From contig JACPOC010000025.1 of NCBI GenBank assembly GCA_016185125.1, forward strand, positions 222,773 to 286,772: 64,000 nt of DNA. Direction: 5' to 3'. The position numbers and the translations under genes were made by a program. The stretch comes from Bacteroidota bacterium. GTDB taxonomy: Bacteria; Bacteroidota; Bacteroidia; B-17B0; Aurantibacillaceae. The notes below the pieces were generated by a model that had not been told where the DNA came from, did not search any database, and saw nothing but the letters and a program-made list of their open reading frames with translations. This document shows, piece after piece, positions 10,504-21,731 of this stretch (its first letter is position 1; every line of letters starts with the position of its first letter).

Positions 10504-11013
10504 TTGGATAAATTTATATTTAACGAAAAAAGTGCAAGCTTCTTAGTGGGAAGAGTGTACGAGGAAAAAGAAAGTAGCTTTTATATAATACCCGGGGTTT
10601 CTTTAAAACGGGTACTAAAAAATAAGAAAGTAAGCGGCTTTTATACCAGTATTGGAATTGGTGGCGGACAAGAAATTTTGAAGGGCGATAATTATTTATA
10701 TAATAGCCGCACAGCTTGGTGCAACAGTATAGATGTTGGTTATATTATTGGCTTCAAGCATTTTTATTTAAAACCTTTTGTGGGATTGCTATCTATCTTT
10801 AATTTTAAAGAGTTTATAGATTATAATAATGGAGAAGTAATTAGTACGGGGAAATTAAATTATTATTCACAAAACAATCCCGAAAAAACTAACTTATATA
10901 AATCATCTACATCGCCAAACCCCGCGCAAATACTTATTAAATATAAATACGCAGGTTTAACAAATGCTACGTTTTTACCGCGCGGGCTATTTAGTATTGG
11001 CTTTACATTTTAA
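10504..11013 (+). CDS. hypothetical protein (start uncertain; possible gene remnant)
   Basis: The ORF begins at a TTG. The frame is open upstream to 10351 with no ATG. Gly/Tyr-rich and beta-like, ending in 'FSIGFTF'. Confidence 0.3.
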   Translation: MDKFIFNEKSASFLVGRVYEEKESSFYIIPGVSLKRVLKNKKVSGFYTSIGIGGGQEILKGDNYLYNSRTAWCNSIDVGYIIGFKHFYLKPFVGLLSIFNFKEFIDYNNGEVISTGKLNYYSQNNPEKTNLYKSSTSPNPAQILIKYKYAGLTNATFLPRGLFSIGFTF

Positions 11014-11076
11014 ACAATACCATTAATTAAGTTACACCGATAAAGTAATCAGTAAACGGATTATAAAAAATTAATT

Positions 11077-11088
11077 CCCCCCCCCCCC
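11077..11088. repeat. homopolymeric C12 tract
   Basis: Twelve consecutive C residues in an otherwise AT-rich spacer between two convergent 3' ends. Confidence 0.95.
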
Positions 11089-11170
11089 ACAATAAACCCC
11101 AACCGCCAACCGTTATTATCGTATATAAACCCATAAAAACCAAACATAGCCATGCAAAAACCGTGGATAT

Positions 11171-11230
11171 CAGGGGATTGTTAAAAACAAAATATTTCCA
11201 CCGTTTCCTTGCAGGGGATTGTTAAAAACA
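11171..11230. repeat. perfect 19-bp direct repeat x2 (CAGGGGATTGTTAAAAACA), period 41
   Basis: Copies at 11171-11189 and 11212-11230. The flanks are also similar ('ACCGTGGATAT' and 'ACCGTTTCCTTG'). Confidence 0.9.
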
Positions 11231-11342
11231 TAAATTCTATTGAAAATTAAATACTATTTATCCAAATCTTTGGAGGATTATCGTATAACTATTCAATTTT
11301 AAAATCATTAATCAAAATTAATCGGGGCTTACAAAAACAGAA

Positions 11343-12137
11343 TTAAATCACATTCAATTTTACTCCCATTAAAAACAGGATGATTAAAATTCCGCCCACT
11401 AAAATCCGGTAAATGCCCCAAATTTTAAAGCCGTGTTTATTTAAAAGTCCTATAAAGGTTTTAATGGCAATCATAGCCACCACAAAAGCCACCACGTTGC
11501 CCAAGGCCAATATTTTAAATTCTTGCGAAGTAATGGAAATGCCTTGCTGATAAAAATCCAGCAATTTTTTAACTGTTGCGGCAAACATGGTGGGAACCGC
11601 TAAAAAAAACGAAAACTCGGCGGCGGCTTGTTGGGTTAATTTTTGGCTCATTCCCCCAATTATGGTAGAAGCGCTTCGGCTTACTCCCGGAAATAAAGCC
11701 AAACATTGAAACAAGCCAATTTTTAAAGCGGAAAAATAGGAAACTTCTTCGTCATTTGTAATGACAGGATTTTTAAACCATTTATCTACAAATAATAAAA
11801 TAATGCCTCCCACAAAAAGGGCAATGGCAACTCCCAAAACATTTTCCAATTGGGTATCTATCCAATCGCCCAGTAAAAACCCCGCAATGGCCGCGGGAAT
11901 AAAAGCCACAAATAACTTCACATAAAATTCTATGGACTTAAAAAATTTGCTGAAGTATAAAAATACCACGCTTAAAATAGCGCCAAACTGAATGGCTACC
12001 GTAAACAGTTTTACAAAAGGCGTGGATTGAATTCCCAATAAAGCGGAGGCAATCATCATGTGTCCGGTTGAAGAAATGGGTAGAAATTCGGTGAGGCCTT
12101 CTACCACAGCCAATATAAAAGCTTCTAAATAAGTCAT
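11343..12137 (-). CDS. uppP: undecaprenyl-diphosphate phosphatase
   Basis: 264 aa polytopic membrane protein with the signature '[16 protein letters not shown]'. Confidence 0.92.
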   Translation of the reverse strand: MTYLEAFILAVVEGLTEFLPISSTGHMMIASALLGIQSTPFVKLFTVAIQFGAILSVVFLYFSKFFKSIEFYVKLFVAFIPAAIAGFLLGDWIDTQLENVLGVAIALFVGGIILLFVDKWFKNPVITNDEEVSYFSALKIGLFQCLALFPGVSRSASTIIGGMSQKLTQQAAAEFSFFLAVPTMFAATVKKLLDFYQQGISITSQEFKILALGNVVAFVVAMIAIKTFIGLLNKHGFKIWGIYRILVGGILIILFLMGVKLNVI

Positions 12138-12185
12138 AAGCTTAAAATTAATTTAAAAAAAAGAAAAGAATGTTTTAAAAATAAA

Positions 12186-12602
12186 TTACTTATTTACAGG
12201 GCTGCATTCATAAATAAAATAATCGGTATCGCCTTGCCAGAAAAAATTTTTCATTACCTGTTTATAATGTAAAACTACTTTATTCCCTTGCAAAGCTTCC
12301 AATTGCTGGTACACTTTTTTATCAGTTACCGAAAATTTAAAGATACTGGCGGGCATAATGGTTCCGCCTTCTTGGTTGAAGCCTCCCACGTTTAATTCGC
12401 CTTCGTAAGTTTTAAAAACATAGCCTTTTTCACTCACTTTGGTAAGGATGCCCGAGCGCGTACCCTTGCTGTAAGCCATACCGCAAACAAAATAATAAAT
12501 GAGCAAACCGGCTACAACAATCAGCGAAAAAATGATCAGGAATTTTTTGAATTTGCCTTTTTTAGGCTGAGCGGGCTTTGAGGTATTAATTGAGCTTTCC
12601 AT
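12186..12602 (-). CDS. hypothetical membrane-anchored protein
   Basis: I start the gene at 'MESSINTSKP' (12602). It has one TM ('FLIIFSLIVVAGLLIYYFV') followed by a soluble domain. Confidence 0.6.
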   Translation of the reverse strand: MESSINTSKPAQPKKGKFKKFLIIFSLIVVAGLLIYYFVCGMAYSKGTRSGILTKVSEKGYVFKTYEGELNVGGFNQEGGTIMPASIFKFSVTDKKVYQQLEALQGNKVVLHYKQVMKNFFWQGDTDYFIYECSPVNK

Positions 12603-12837
12603 TTTCAACAACTTCTTCGTTAGTTTTAGGCCGCCACATAATGGCAAAAATAATAGTTACAAACCCTATTAAACAAAGCACCGGTGCCAATGTAATGCGC
12701 TGAAAATTAAAAATAGCGGGATTAAAAACATTTGGGTCTTCGCTTTTGCCCCCAATCATTAAAATGTAGCCCAGCACAATTAAAAAAATTCCGGCCAGTA
12801 AAATTATATAGTTCTTTCTTTCAAATGTTGGTTTCAT
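12586..12837 (-). CDS. small two-TM membrane protein (DUF3098-like)
   Basis: 83 aa with 'FERKNYIILLAGIFLIVLGYILM', resembling the small protein commonly found next to uppP/ftsX in Bacteroidota. Confidence 0.65.
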   Translation of the reverse strand: MKPTFERKNYIILLAGIFLIVLGYILMIGGKSEDPNVFNPAIFNFQRITLAPVLCLIGFVTIIFAIMWRPKTNEEVVENGKLN

Positions 12838-12926
12838 AAAATCAATTTAAATTCAAAATTACCACTTTTTTGCCATTTTCACGCAATAAACTCCTATTAA
12901 AAATCGGCATCATAACTAATTTTTCA

Positions 12927-12934
12927 TATATTTG
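12927..12934 (+). promoter_or_regulatory. candidate -7 box TATATTTG
   Basis: Matches TAnnTTTG and lies 17 nt upstream of the ATG at 12951. Confidence 0.35.
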
Positions 12935-12950
12935 ATTATAAATTATAATT

Positions 12951-13550
12951 ATGAAAAAATCAAGTTTTATTCTAACATTGTTTTGTTCATTGAATCTATT
13001 GACAAAAGCTACAATTCATCATATAGGTGTGGATGGTTGCTCTTTTAATCCTCCCGCAAATAATACCATTGTCTTGGGAGATACTCTTCATTGGTTTTTG
13101 GATGCGAACACTCCTAGGAAAACCTCATCATTAAACCTTCCTCCGGGTGCTACGGCTTGGGATGCAACTTTAGATGTCACACACAAAGATTTTTACTATA
13201 TTCCTTCAGTTCCAGGGCAGTATTTTTATAAAAGCAACATCATGCCAACCTGCATTGCTTCATTTGTAGTTTCATATCCAACAGGTCTCAAGCAATTAAA
13301 TCCTCTTGGCCAAAACTGTGTATTTTTTCCTAACCCTGCCTCAACATCATTTATTTTGATCCACCCAAAAAACGCCACAACGCTTGAAATACTAGATAAA
13401 AACGGAGAACTTTTAAAAACTGAAGTGTTAGATCCTAAGGAAACTAACGATGAAATTTTAACAGGCTCATTAAAACCAGGCAGTTATATGATTGTGGTGA
13501 AACAAAAAAAGACAATCATTTTTATTTCTAAATTACTTATTGCAAATTAA
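12951..13550 (+). CDS. secreted protein with T9SS type A C-terminal sorting domain
   Basis: Signal peptide present. C-terminus 'VFFPNPASTSFILI...GSYMIVVKQKKTIIFISKLLI' resembles the Por secretion tail. Confidence 0.7.
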   Translation: MKKSSFILTLFCSLNLLTKATIHHIGVDGCSFNPPANNTIVLGDTLHWFLDANTPRKTSSLNLPPGATAWDATLDVTHKDFYYIPSVPGQYFYKSNIMPTCIASFVVSYPTGLKQLNPLGQNCVFFPNPASTSFILIHPKNATTLEILDKNGELLKTEVLDPKETNDEILTGSLKPGSYMIVVKQKKTIIFISKLLIAN

Positions 13551-15286
13551 TGTTTTTCTACATCAATAAATACATTTTATTGGTGCATTTTTTTTTATGG
13601 TGCTTATGCTTTACCGGGCAATCTGTTGATTACTACATAAAAACCTATAACCTGCAGGCAAATTCGTATGGGGGAAATATTGCAGAACTCAATGACGGTG
13701 GATTTATTAATTCAGCCGCCAATATTGATACCATAGTAAGTTCAACAAAAGATACATCTTATGTCGAAGTTATAGCTTTATACCGCGTTAATAAATCAGG
13801 CGGAATAAAGTGGGCCAAAAATTATATTTTAAGTAGCAATTGCGCATATGGAGGCTCTTTCTGCCTATCTAAAGATTCAACGATAGCTTTAGTGTCGGTA
13901 GATTTTAATACACTCGTTCCAAACCCTGATTACTTATTTTTTAAAACAGACCTTAACGGAACCTTATTAACAAGCACGGCAGTAGGCACCCCCGGCAACG
14001 AATATGCGATGGATATTAAGCAGCTTAATGATGAAAACTATCTTATTTGCGGATATTCGGATGGTGGTAGTGCCGCTTCGAGTCAGGGCGATTTTAATTT
14101 GGTTAAATTGAACAAAAATGGTAGCCTTCTCTTTTCAAAATTATATCTTACACCTGACTCAACTTACGATTTTCCTTTAGCGATGGAAATAGACAAAAAA
14201 CAAGATGTGTACATATTTGGTGATTCGAATAAATATAATGATATATATACTGGTATTGGTCAGGCCGTAAAAACAGACCAAAACGGAAATCTTTTGTGGT
14301 TATCAAAATTCGGCCCTGTCATACCCTCCAAAATGCACTATTATAATTTAACCTGCGGAACTATATCCAAAAATAACGATTTAGTTACTGCAGGAATCAC
14401 CACTGTTTTTGATACCTCCAATGTAAATTGGACGAGATCTTATTTTGCAACCATTTCTTTTTTTAATTCAAATGGAGGGATTAATTTTTCAAAGAAATAT
14501 TACTGGAAGAACAACGCGTCGAATAATTTGACATTCAACAGCATTATTCAACGCAAGGATAAAATTTACGCAGCCTCATTTAACACCTATGATAGTTTGG
14601 GCAATTCCAGTTCCGGTGTAGCCTTGATAGACACGCTTGGTAATATAAAAAAAACCACAGTTTTTAGTTCGTCCCTATATTTAAGTAAAATAAATAATAT
14701 TAAACATAACGGCGTCGTGCTCAACGGTGCCAATTTTAATAACTTCAATTCCACTATAGTTAAACTTGATTCTAATCTGCATATTAAATGTGAAAAAGAC
14801 ACTAATTTAATTTTTGTTTCTGCCATTACTTTTACTTCTAACGTTGGAGGAGTAGCTAATAATATCGGCACTCAACATCCTTCCCTCGTAATTGAAAAAA
14901 CTAAAAATATTGACGATTCAACATTATGCTTTAAAACTATAGTTACTACAACAACGGCATTAGCAGGTAACACCATCCAAATTGCATCGCCACAAAAAGA
15001 AACTTGTAGTAATAACAGTCTTTTTTTGCCCAATACTTTTACCCCAAACAACGATGGACAAAACGATGTTTTTTATGTAAGAGGAATTAACAATGAGGAA
15101 ATTGATTTTCTCATTGTTAATCGTTGGGGTGAATTAGTTTTTGAAACTAAGGATAAACTCATTGGATGGGACGGGCTATATAAAGGTAAGATTTGCAGCC
15201 CCGGCGTATATGGCTGGTATATTAAGGTTAAATGCGATATCGGCGAAGTCTACACGCGCAAAGGTAGTATTACACTTATCAGATAA
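13550..15286 (+). CDS. secreted protein with T9SS type B (gliding-motility-associated) C-terminal domain
   Basis: C-terminus '[20 protein letters not shown]...NRWGELVFE...GWDG...GVYGWYI'. The start codon overlaps the upstream stop (TAATG). Confidence 0.8.
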   Translation: MFFYINKYILLVHFFLWCLCFTGQSVDYYIKTYNLQANSYGGNIAELNDGGFINSAANIDTIVSSTKDTSYVEVIALYRVNKSGGIKWAKNYILSSNCAYGGSFCLSKDSTIALVSVDFNTLVPNPDYLFFKTDLNGTLLTSTAVGTPGNEYAMDIKQLNDENYLICGYSDGGSAASSQGDFNLVKLNKNGSLLFSKLYLTPDSTYDFPLAMEIDKKQDVYIFGDSNKYNDIYTGIGQAVKTDQNGNLLWLSKFGPVIPSKMHYYNLTCGTISKNNDLVTAGITTVFDTSNVNWTRSYFATISFFNSNGGINFSKKYYWKNNASNNLTFNSIIQRKDKIYAASFNTYDSLGNSSSGVALIDTLGNIKKTTVFSSSLYLSKINNIKHNGVVLNGANFNNFNSTIVKLDSNLHIKCEKDTNLIFVSAITFTSNVGGVANNIGTQHPSLVIEKTKNIDDSTLCFKTIVTTTTALAGNTIQIASPQKETCSNNSLFLPNTFTPNNDGQNDVFYVRGINNEEIDFLIVNRWGELVFETKDKLIGWDGLYKGKICSPGVYGWYIKVKCDIGEVYTRKGSITLIR

Positions 15287-15337
15287 TCAGAAAGACGTTT
15301 TCAAAGTTGCTTTACGGGGATATCCCAAATTTTTCCG

Positions 15338-15345
15338 TAATTTTG
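15338..15345 (+). promoter_or_regulatory. candidate -7 box TAATTTTG
   Basis: Matches TAnnTTTG and lies 18 nt upstream of the gmd ATG at 15363. Confidence 0.35.
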
Positions 15346-15362
15346 TTCCTCTAAATTCACTC

Positions 15363-16451
15363 ATGTCAAAAGTAGCTTTAATTACAGGTGTAACGGGACA
15401 AGACGGCGCGTACTTGGCCGAATTATTATTATCCAAAGGATACATTGTGCACGGCATAAAACGCCGCAGCTCCATGTTTAATACCGATCGTATCGATCAT
15501 CTTTATCAAGATAAGCATGAAAAAAATGTAAATTTTATTTTGCATTACGGCGATCTTACGGATAGCACCAATCTTATACGAATTGTACAGGAAGTGCAGC
15601 CCGATGAAATATATAACTTGGCCGCGCAATCGCACGTTAAAGTAAGTTTTGAAACACCTGAGTACACCGCCAATTCCGACGCTTTAGGTACCCTAAGAAT
15701 TCTGGAGGCCATTCGCATTTTAAAACTGGAAAAGAAAACACGTTTTTATCAAGCTTCTACTTCTGAATTATACGGATTGGTTCAGGAGATTCCTCAAAAA
15801 GAAACCACTCCTTTTTATCCGCGCAGCCCGTACGGCGTTGCTAAATTATATGGTTTCTGGATTACTAAAAATTACCGCGAGAGTTACGGTATGTATGCCT
15901 GCAACGGCATTTTATTTAATCATGAAAGCCCTTTACGCGGCGAAACATTTGTTACCCGCAAAATAACCCGTGCCGCAGCCAAAATAAGTTTGGGCATGCA
16001 GGAAACACTGTTTATGGGCAATATTGATTCGGAGCGCGATTGGGGGCATGCCAAAGATTATGTAGAAGGTATGTGGCGCATGTTACAACAGGACGAGCCG
16101 GATGATTTTGTATTGGCCACCGGAATTAAGATAACGGTTCGCGACTTTATAAACATGGCTTTTGCCGAAGTGGGCGTTACTTTAAAGTGGGAAGGCAAAG
16201 CGGAAAACGAAAAAGGAATTGATTCTGTTACAGGAAAAACAATTGTTCAGATTGATCCAAAATATTATCGCCCGGCAGAAGTTGAATTACTTGTTGGCGA
16301 TGCAACCAAGGCCAAAGAAAAATTAGGATGGGTGCCTACTTACACGGTTCAGGCTTTGTGTAAAGAAATGGTTCAGTCTGATCTTGAATTGTTCCGTCGC
16401 GATAAATATTTAATTGAAGGCGGGCATAAAGTGCTTAACTATAAAGAGTAG
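15363..16451 (+). CDS. gmd: GDP-mannose 4,6-dehydratase
   Basis: Started at '[23 protein letters not shown]'. SDR motifs 'YNLAAQSHV' and 'SPYGVAKLY' are present. The upstream part of the 436-aa ORF overlaps the previous gene. Confidence 0.93.
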   Translation: MSKVALITGVTGQDGAYLAELLLSKGYIVHGIKRRSSMFNTDRIDHLYQDKHEKNVNFILHYGDLTDSTNLIRIVQEVQPDEIYNLAAQSHVKVSFETPEYTANSDALGTLRILEAIRILKLEKKTRFYQASTSELYGLVQEIPQKETTPFYPRSPYGVAKLYGFWITKNYRESYGMYACNGILFNHESPLRGETFVTRKITRAAAKISLGMQETLFMGNIDSERDWGHAKDYVEGMWRMLQQDEPDDFVLATGIKITVRDFINMAFAEVGVTLKWEGKAENEKGIDSVTGKTIVQIDPKYYRPAEVELLVGDATKAKEKLGWVPTYTVQALCKEMVQSDLELFRRDKYLIEGGHKVLNYKE

Positions 16452-16544
16452 AATAATTCTGGATTTTTAGAAGTACGATTTTTAGAGTTACATGCAATTC
16501 TATCATTCAAAATTCTGAAAATTTTAAAATTCAAAAATTATTCA

Positions 16545-17486
16545 ATGGAATTAACTTCTAAAATATACATTGCAGGGCATCGCGGAATGGTTGGTTCTGC
16601 CATCCACAGAAATCTTCAGAAGAAAGGATTTACAAATTTTATTTTTAAAACTTCCTCTGAACTTGATCTTCGCAATCAACAAGCCGTTAGTGAGTTTTTT
16701 GAAAAGGAAAAACCGGAATATGTTTTTTTAGCGGCCGCAAAAGTTGGGGGCATCCAGGCGAATAATACTTTCCGCGCTGAATTTTTATATGATAATTTAT
16801 GCATTCAGAATAATGTAATACATTCTTCATATATAAATAAAGTAAAAAAATTAATGTTTTTAGGATCATCGTGCATTTATCCTAAGCTGGCACCTCAGCC
16901 TTTAAAGGAAGAATATCTTTTAAGTGGGTTGCTGGAAGATACCAACGAACCCTATGCTATTGCAAAAATTACAGGAATTAAAATGTGCGAGAGTTATCGC
17001 CGGCAATATAACTGCAATTTCATAAGCGTAATGCCTACTAATTTATACGGACCCAACGATAGTTATAATCTTAATAATTCGCATGTGTTGCCTGCGCTGA
17101 TAAGAAAATTTCACGAAGCGAAAGCGGCTAATTCTTCTTATGTAGAAATGTGGGGAAGCGGTTCGCCCCTGCGCGAATTTTTACATGCCGACGATATGGC
17201 CGATGCTTGCGTTTATTTAATGCAAACTTATAGCGGAGAACAGCACGTTAACATAGGTACGGGAACTGATTTGAGCATAAAAGAATTAGCCGAATTGATT
17301 CAAAAAATAATTGGATATACAGGGGAAATAAAAAATGATCTTACTAAACCGGATGGCACCCCGCGTAAATTGATGGATGTAAGTTTTTTACACAGTCTGG
17401 GCTGGAAACACACCATAGGGCTGGAAGAGGGCATCAAAACCGTTTACGAAGATTTTAAGAAAAGAGAAAATGTAAAAGTGTGGTAA
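16545..17486 (+). CDS. fcl: GDP-L-fucose synthase
   Basis: 313 aa with '[14 protein letters not shown]' and 'EPYAIAKI'. Located directly after gmd. Confidence 0.9.
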   Translation: MELTSKIYIAGHRGMVGSAIHRNLQKKGFTNFIFKTSSELDLRNQQAVSEFFEKEKPEYVFLAAAKVGGIQANNTFRAEFLYDNLCIQNNVIHSSYINKVKKLMFLGSSCIYPKLAPQPLKEEYLLSGLLEDTNEPYAIAKITGIKMCESYRRQYNCNFISVMPTNLYGPNDSYNLNNSHVLPALIRKFHEAKAANSSYVEMWGSGSPLREFLHADDMADACVYLMQTYSGEQHVNIGTGTDLSIKELAELIQKIIGYTGEIKNDLTKPDGTPRKLMDVSFLHSLGWKHTIGLEEGIKTVYEDFKKRENVKVW

Positions 17487-17519
17487 AAAAAGACGCAAGA
17501 TTATTTTGATACAAAAGCC

Positions 17520-19085
17520 ATGATCAAAACAAATAAATTCTGTCCCAATTTAAGCATCCTGTTTCTTGCTTTTTTATTTCTTGCCTCTCTGAAAATTTCA
17601 GCTCAATTTTACAATCTTCCTAACGATTATTCTTTTTCATTACTTACCGAAAAACAATTGGCGGCAAAAGATTCTTCTGTTCATTCAGGAATTAAGCCTT
17701 ACATACATTTTTTCTCAGATAAATATTTGCATGTTGCGGATACACACAAACTTTTTAAATTTATTACAGACGATCCGGTTTTAGATGTTGTATTTGTAAA
17801 ACATGTAATTACTGTAAAACCTAATAATCAAAATTTCAAATTTACACTCGACCCTGTATTAGATGTAAACATTGGCAACGATTATTTTGATAGTTTAAAA
17901 ACACAAACAAGCACGAATACCAGAGGCTTTATTGCCTGTGGTTATATTGGTCAAAAATTTTATTTTGAAACCATGTTTGTAGAAAGCCAAAGTATTTTTC
18001 CGGCATATATTTCTGATATTGTAAAAGCTAATTCAATAGTGCCGGGTCAGGGCCGATATAAAACATTTAAAACTACAGGTTTTGATTACGCTTTTTCTTC
18101 CGGTTTTATTTCCTACCAAGCCTTTAAAAATTTTAATATTCAGTTTGGGCATGGTAAACAAAAAATCGGAAATGGGTATCGTTCGCTATTACTAAGTGAT
18201 AACGCGTTTAATTACCCTTATGCGCGGTTTACACAACAATGGTTTAAAGGCAGATTACAATACACCAACATTTATGCATCTTTCATGAATTTGGTAGCGG
18301 CAAGTACAACTCCTATTCCTAACGCAGAACGATTGTTTCAGAAAAAGGCGGCGGCTTTTCAATACCTTAGCTTAAACATCAGTAAATATTTAAATGTGGG
18401 ATTTTTTCAGGGAATGATCTGGCAATCGGGCGATGGGCGTAATCGCCAGTATTTAGATCTATATTATTTTAACCCGCTTATATATTCTAATCTCGGTAAA
18501 TACAAATTAAATAATAAAAACAACTTGCTTATTGGAAGCGATATAAAAATTAAATTAACCAATAAAATAAATTTGTACGGACAATTTATGGCAGATGATC
18601 TGAGCAATACAAAAAAGACAGGAAACGGAATTGGCTATCAGGCCGGATTTAATTATTTTGACGCTTTGGGGTTAAAGAACCTGTTTTTTCAGGCTGAATA
18701 CAATTACGCTTCTGAGGCATCGTATGTTAGTCCTATTGGCTCCCTTACCAATCAATCTTACTCGCACTATCAGCAAAATATTGCTTATACATTGGGCTAC
18801 GGACAGGAACTGCTGGGCATAGTGGATTATAAATGGAGAAGATGGAATGCCAATATAAAATACAATTACCAAATGGTTCCCCTTAATAACCAAAAAATTT
18901 ACGACAACCAACTCCTCAACTTAAAAGTGGGGTATTTAATAAATCCGTCTTATAATTTAAATCTTGCATTGGGATATACCTATCGTAACCAAAATTTTTC
19001 TAATTTTAAAAGTTTGAACAATCAAACAAATTATATTTATGTGGCATTAAAAACCAGTTTTTATAATTTATATTACGATTTTTAA
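17520..19085 (+). CDS. putative outer-membrane beta-barrel protein (possibly Wzi-like capsule assembly protein)
   Basis: Has a signal peptide and an alternating aromatic pattern, and ends in 'YNLYYDF' (a terminal Phe beta-signal). It sits between GDP-fucose genes and a WecA-like gene. The Wzi assignment is a guess. Confidence 0.55.
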   Translation: MIKTNKFCPNLSILFLAFLFLASLKISAQFYNLPNDYSFSLLTEKQLAAKDSSVHSGIKPYIHFFSDKYLHVADTHKLFKFITDDPVLDVVFVKHVITVKPNNQNFKFTLDPVLDVNIGNDYFDSLKTQTSTNTRGFIACGYIGQKFYFETMFVESQSIFPAYISDIVKANSIVPGQGRYKTFKTTGFDYAFSSGFISYQAFKNFNIQFGHGKQKIGNGYRSLLLSDNAFNYPYARFTQQWFKGRLQYTNIYASFMNLVAASTTPIPNAERLFQKKAAAFQYLSLNISKYLNVGFFQGMIWQSGDGRNRQYLDLYYFNPLIYSNLGKYKLNNKNNLLIGSDIKIKLTNKINLYGQFMADDLSNTKKTGNGIGYQAGFNYFDALGLKNLFFQAEYNYASEASYVSPIGSLTNQSYSHYQQNIAYTLGYGQELLGIVDYKWRRWNANIKYNYQMVPLNNQKIYDNQLLNLKVGYLINPSYNLNLALGYTYRNQNFSNFKSLNNQTNYIYVALKTSFYNLYYDF

Positions 19086-20195
19086 ATGGCTGTATTAATA
19101 CTTGTTTTTTTAACCTCTTTTATAGTAGTGCTCTACTCCACTCCTTCCCTTATAAAAGTGGCGGTGTTAAAACGCTTGATAGATGTTCCCACCGAAGACC
19201 GCAAGATCCATAAACGCTCTGTGCCCACCATTGGAGGTATTATTATTTTCGCGGGCACACTTTTCTCTTATTCGCTTTGGTACACCATTGATAAAATGAT
19301 CTATTACGACAAGATCTTTCAATCGGTTAACGAGTTTAAATTAATTATTGCTACCAGCCTTATTTTATTTTTTGTGGGAGTTAAAGACGATATTATCGGC
19401 ACGGCTCCTGTTAAAAAATTATTCGCGCATATTCTGGTGGCGCTTATACTTGTGTTAATGGGCGATATCCGCATTACCAGCCTTCATGGAATTTTCGGCG
19501 TTTATGATATTCCTATCTGGGGCAGTGTATTCTTATCTATTTTTACTTATGTGGTGGTTGTAAATTCGTTTAACCTTATTGATGGCGTTGACGGTTTAGC
19601 AGCGGGTGTGGGCTTTTTAAGCTGTTGCGCCTTTGGAACTTGGTTTATTTTCGCAAATGAATTTCCGTATGCCGCTCTTTCTTTTTCTTTAGCGGGAGCC
19701 TTAGGGGGATTTTTGATTTTTAATTTTTCTCCCGCAAAAATATTTATGGGCGATTCCGGCTCGCTTGTCATTGGCATGTTTATTTGCGTGCTTGCCATAA
19801 AGATGATCGAGTATCCCATGCAGTCCTTAACCCCTTTTTGGGTGCATGTGAGCAAGCCTGTATTTGCTGTTGCCGCCCTTATTTATCCATTGCTTGATAC
19901 ATTGCGTGTGTTTCTTACAAGAGCTGTTAAAGGACAATCGCCCTTTACTGCCGATCGCAATCACCTTCATCATAAATTAATTGATTGTAAATTCAGTCAC
20001 GTTAAAACAGTAATTATTATTTACGTTTTTACAATATTAACCATTGGCGCCTCTTTGCTGTCTTATTTTATTTATGAAGCCACACTCAGCCTTATAACGG
20101 TGGTAATAACAAGTATGATATTTTTATCTTTGGTAATGGCTATTAACAGAAATGCCAAAAATAAATCAATTAAGCGCAACGAAGATGAAACTTGA
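19086..20195 (+). CDS. polyprenyl-phosphate N-acetylhexosamine-1-phosphate transferase (MraY/WecA family)
   Basis: Polytopic membrane protein with 'NLIDGVDGLAAG' and 'FMGDSGSL'. Confidence 0.85.
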   Translation: MAVLILVFLTSFIVVLYSTPSLIKVAVLKRLIDVPTEDRKIHKRSVPTIGGIIIFAGTLFSYSLWYTIDKMIYYDKIFQSVNEFKLIIATSLILFFVGVKDDIIGTAPVKKLFAHILVALILVLMGDIRITSLHGIFGVYDIPIWGSVFLSIFTYVVVVNSFNLIDGVDGLAAGVGFLSCCAFGTWFIFANEFPYAALSFSLAGALGGFLIFNFSPAKIFMGDSGSLVIGMFICVLAIKMIEYPMQSLTPFWVHVSKPVFAVAALIYPLLDTLRVFLTRAVKGQSPFTADRNHLHHKLIDCKFSHVKTVIIIYVFTILTIGASLLSYFIYEATLSLITVVITSMIFLSLVMAINRNAKNKSIKRNEDET

Positions 20196-20285
20196 TTTTT
20201 ACCGTTGATGTGAGTTTAAGTGCTGGTTAAACAACTTTAACAAGCGCTTAATTAAAATAGCTAATTTTACTGCAAAATTACCAAA

Positions 20286-21713
20286 ATGAAACCCCGGAAT
20301 TATTTTCATTATTTTTTATTTCTCCTGCCCTTAGCTTTTTTTCATAAGGCAAGTGCCCAATCGGGATGGGACCTTCAACAGTGTATTAATTATGCAATCA
20401 GCCATAACATTAGCCTAAAACAAATAAGTTTAAACAACCAAATAAATAAAATTACCGCCGATCAAACCAAGGCTATCGCCTTACCTTCCATTAATCTTGG
20501 TGCCTCGCACACATACAATTTTGGAAAAACAATAGATCGCTACACCAATACTTTTGCCAATACGCAGGTATTACAACAAAATTTTTACATTAGCAGTAAT
20601 TTGATTTTATGGAACGGTTTAAGTCAATATAATACCATTAAGGCCACCCAATACCGCTATTTGAGCGGGGTAGAAACTTTAAAACAAAGCCAATATGATC
20701 TTTCAATAAATGTGGCCAGTGCTTATATTTCCGTTGTGTTCAACGATGAACTTTTAAAGATCTCAGAAAATCAATTTGCAATAACAAAAGAGCAATTAAA
20801 CCGCACCCAAAAGCTGGTAAACGCCGGATCGCTTGCTAAAAGCGTGGAGTACGACATTAAAGCTCAACTGGCTAATGAAGAAGTAAATGTTACTACCGCT
20901 GAAAACAATTATCAGTTATCGATTTTAAATTTAACGCAGCTAATGAATTTGGATAGTGTTAGTAATTTTTCGGTTGCAAAACCTAATGTAGATGTTCAGG
21001 GAGAACAATTATTGAACAACAACATTAATGGAATTTACGAAACAGCTTTAAAAAGCCAACCAAATATTAAAAGCGGAGAATATTCCATTTTAAGCGCAGA
21101 AAGAAATTTAAAAGCCAGTAAAGGGCGATTGAGCCCTACGCTGAGTTTAAATGCGAGTATGGGAACCGGAACCTCGGGACTAGCCAAGGATATTATAGGG
21201 GTAAGATTTACCGGTTATAGAGTAAGCGGTATTACCAATAAGGGCGATAGTGTATTTACGCCGTTAACAGAATTGGTTACCAGGCAAACACCTTTTGCCG
21301 ATCAATTTAAAAATAACGTTAATAAAAGTATTGGACTAACTGTAAACGTACCCATATTTAACGGCCTACAAACTTACTCCGCTATTAAAACGGCGCAAAT
21401 AAACACACTCAACGCCCGTTTAACCCAAGATCTGGCCAAACAAAACTTATACAAAACAATTTCGCAGGCTTATGTAAATGCAAAAGCGGCCTTAAATAAA
21501 TTTAATGCTACTAAGGCAAGCGTAGAAGCTGCAACAGAATCGTTTAAATACGCCCAACAAAAATTTAATGCAGGCACCATTACCTCATTTGATTTCAGTA
21601 CTGCTAAAAATCGCTTATTTGCAGCTGAAAGTAATTTACTGCAAAGCAAATACGATTATATTTTTAAATTAAAAGTTTTGGATTATTATCAGGGAAAACC
21701 TCTGACTTTTTAA
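20286..21713 (+). CDS. TolC family outer-membrane efflux protein
   Basis: 475 aa with a signal peptide, a two-fold repeated coiled/beta architecture and N-terminal 'LQQCINYAISHNISLK'. Ends in Phe. Confidence 0.85.
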   Translation: MKPRNYFHYFLFLLPLAFFHKASAQSGWDLQQCINYAISHNISLKQISLNNQINKITADQTKAIALPSINLGASHTYNFGKTIDRYTNTFANTQVLQQNFYISSNLILWNGLSQYNTIKATQYRYLSGVETLKQSQYDLSINVASAYISVVFNDELLKISENQFAITKEQLNRTQKLVNAGSLAKSVEYDIKAQLANEEVNVTTAENNYQLSILNLTQLMNLDSVSNFSVAKPNVDVQGEQLLNNNINGIYETALKSQPNIKSGEYSILSAERNLKASKGRLSPTLSLNASMGTGTSGLAKDIIGVRFTGYRVSGITNKGDSVFTPLTELVTRQTPFADQFKNNVNKSIGLTVNVPIFNGLQTYSAIKTAQINTLNARLTQDLAKQNLYKTISQAYVNAKAALNKFNATKASVEAATESFKYAQQKFNAGTITSFDFSTAKNRLFAAESNLLQSKYDYIFKLKVLDYYQGKPLTF

Positions 21714-21731
21714 GAAGATTCATTCATAAAA

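Noticed and set aside
11171-11230. Possible mini-CRISPR (two identical 19-mers)
   Set aside because: There are only two copies, the repeats are too short, the flanks are themselves related (a simple tandem duplication), and there are no cas genes.
15141-15362. N-terminal extension of the gmd ORF (436-aa version)
   Set aside because: It overlaps the last 146 nt of the preceding T9SS cargo gene. The canonical Rossmann N-terminus '[15 protein letters not shown]' starts at 15363 and has a TAnnTTTG box just upstream.
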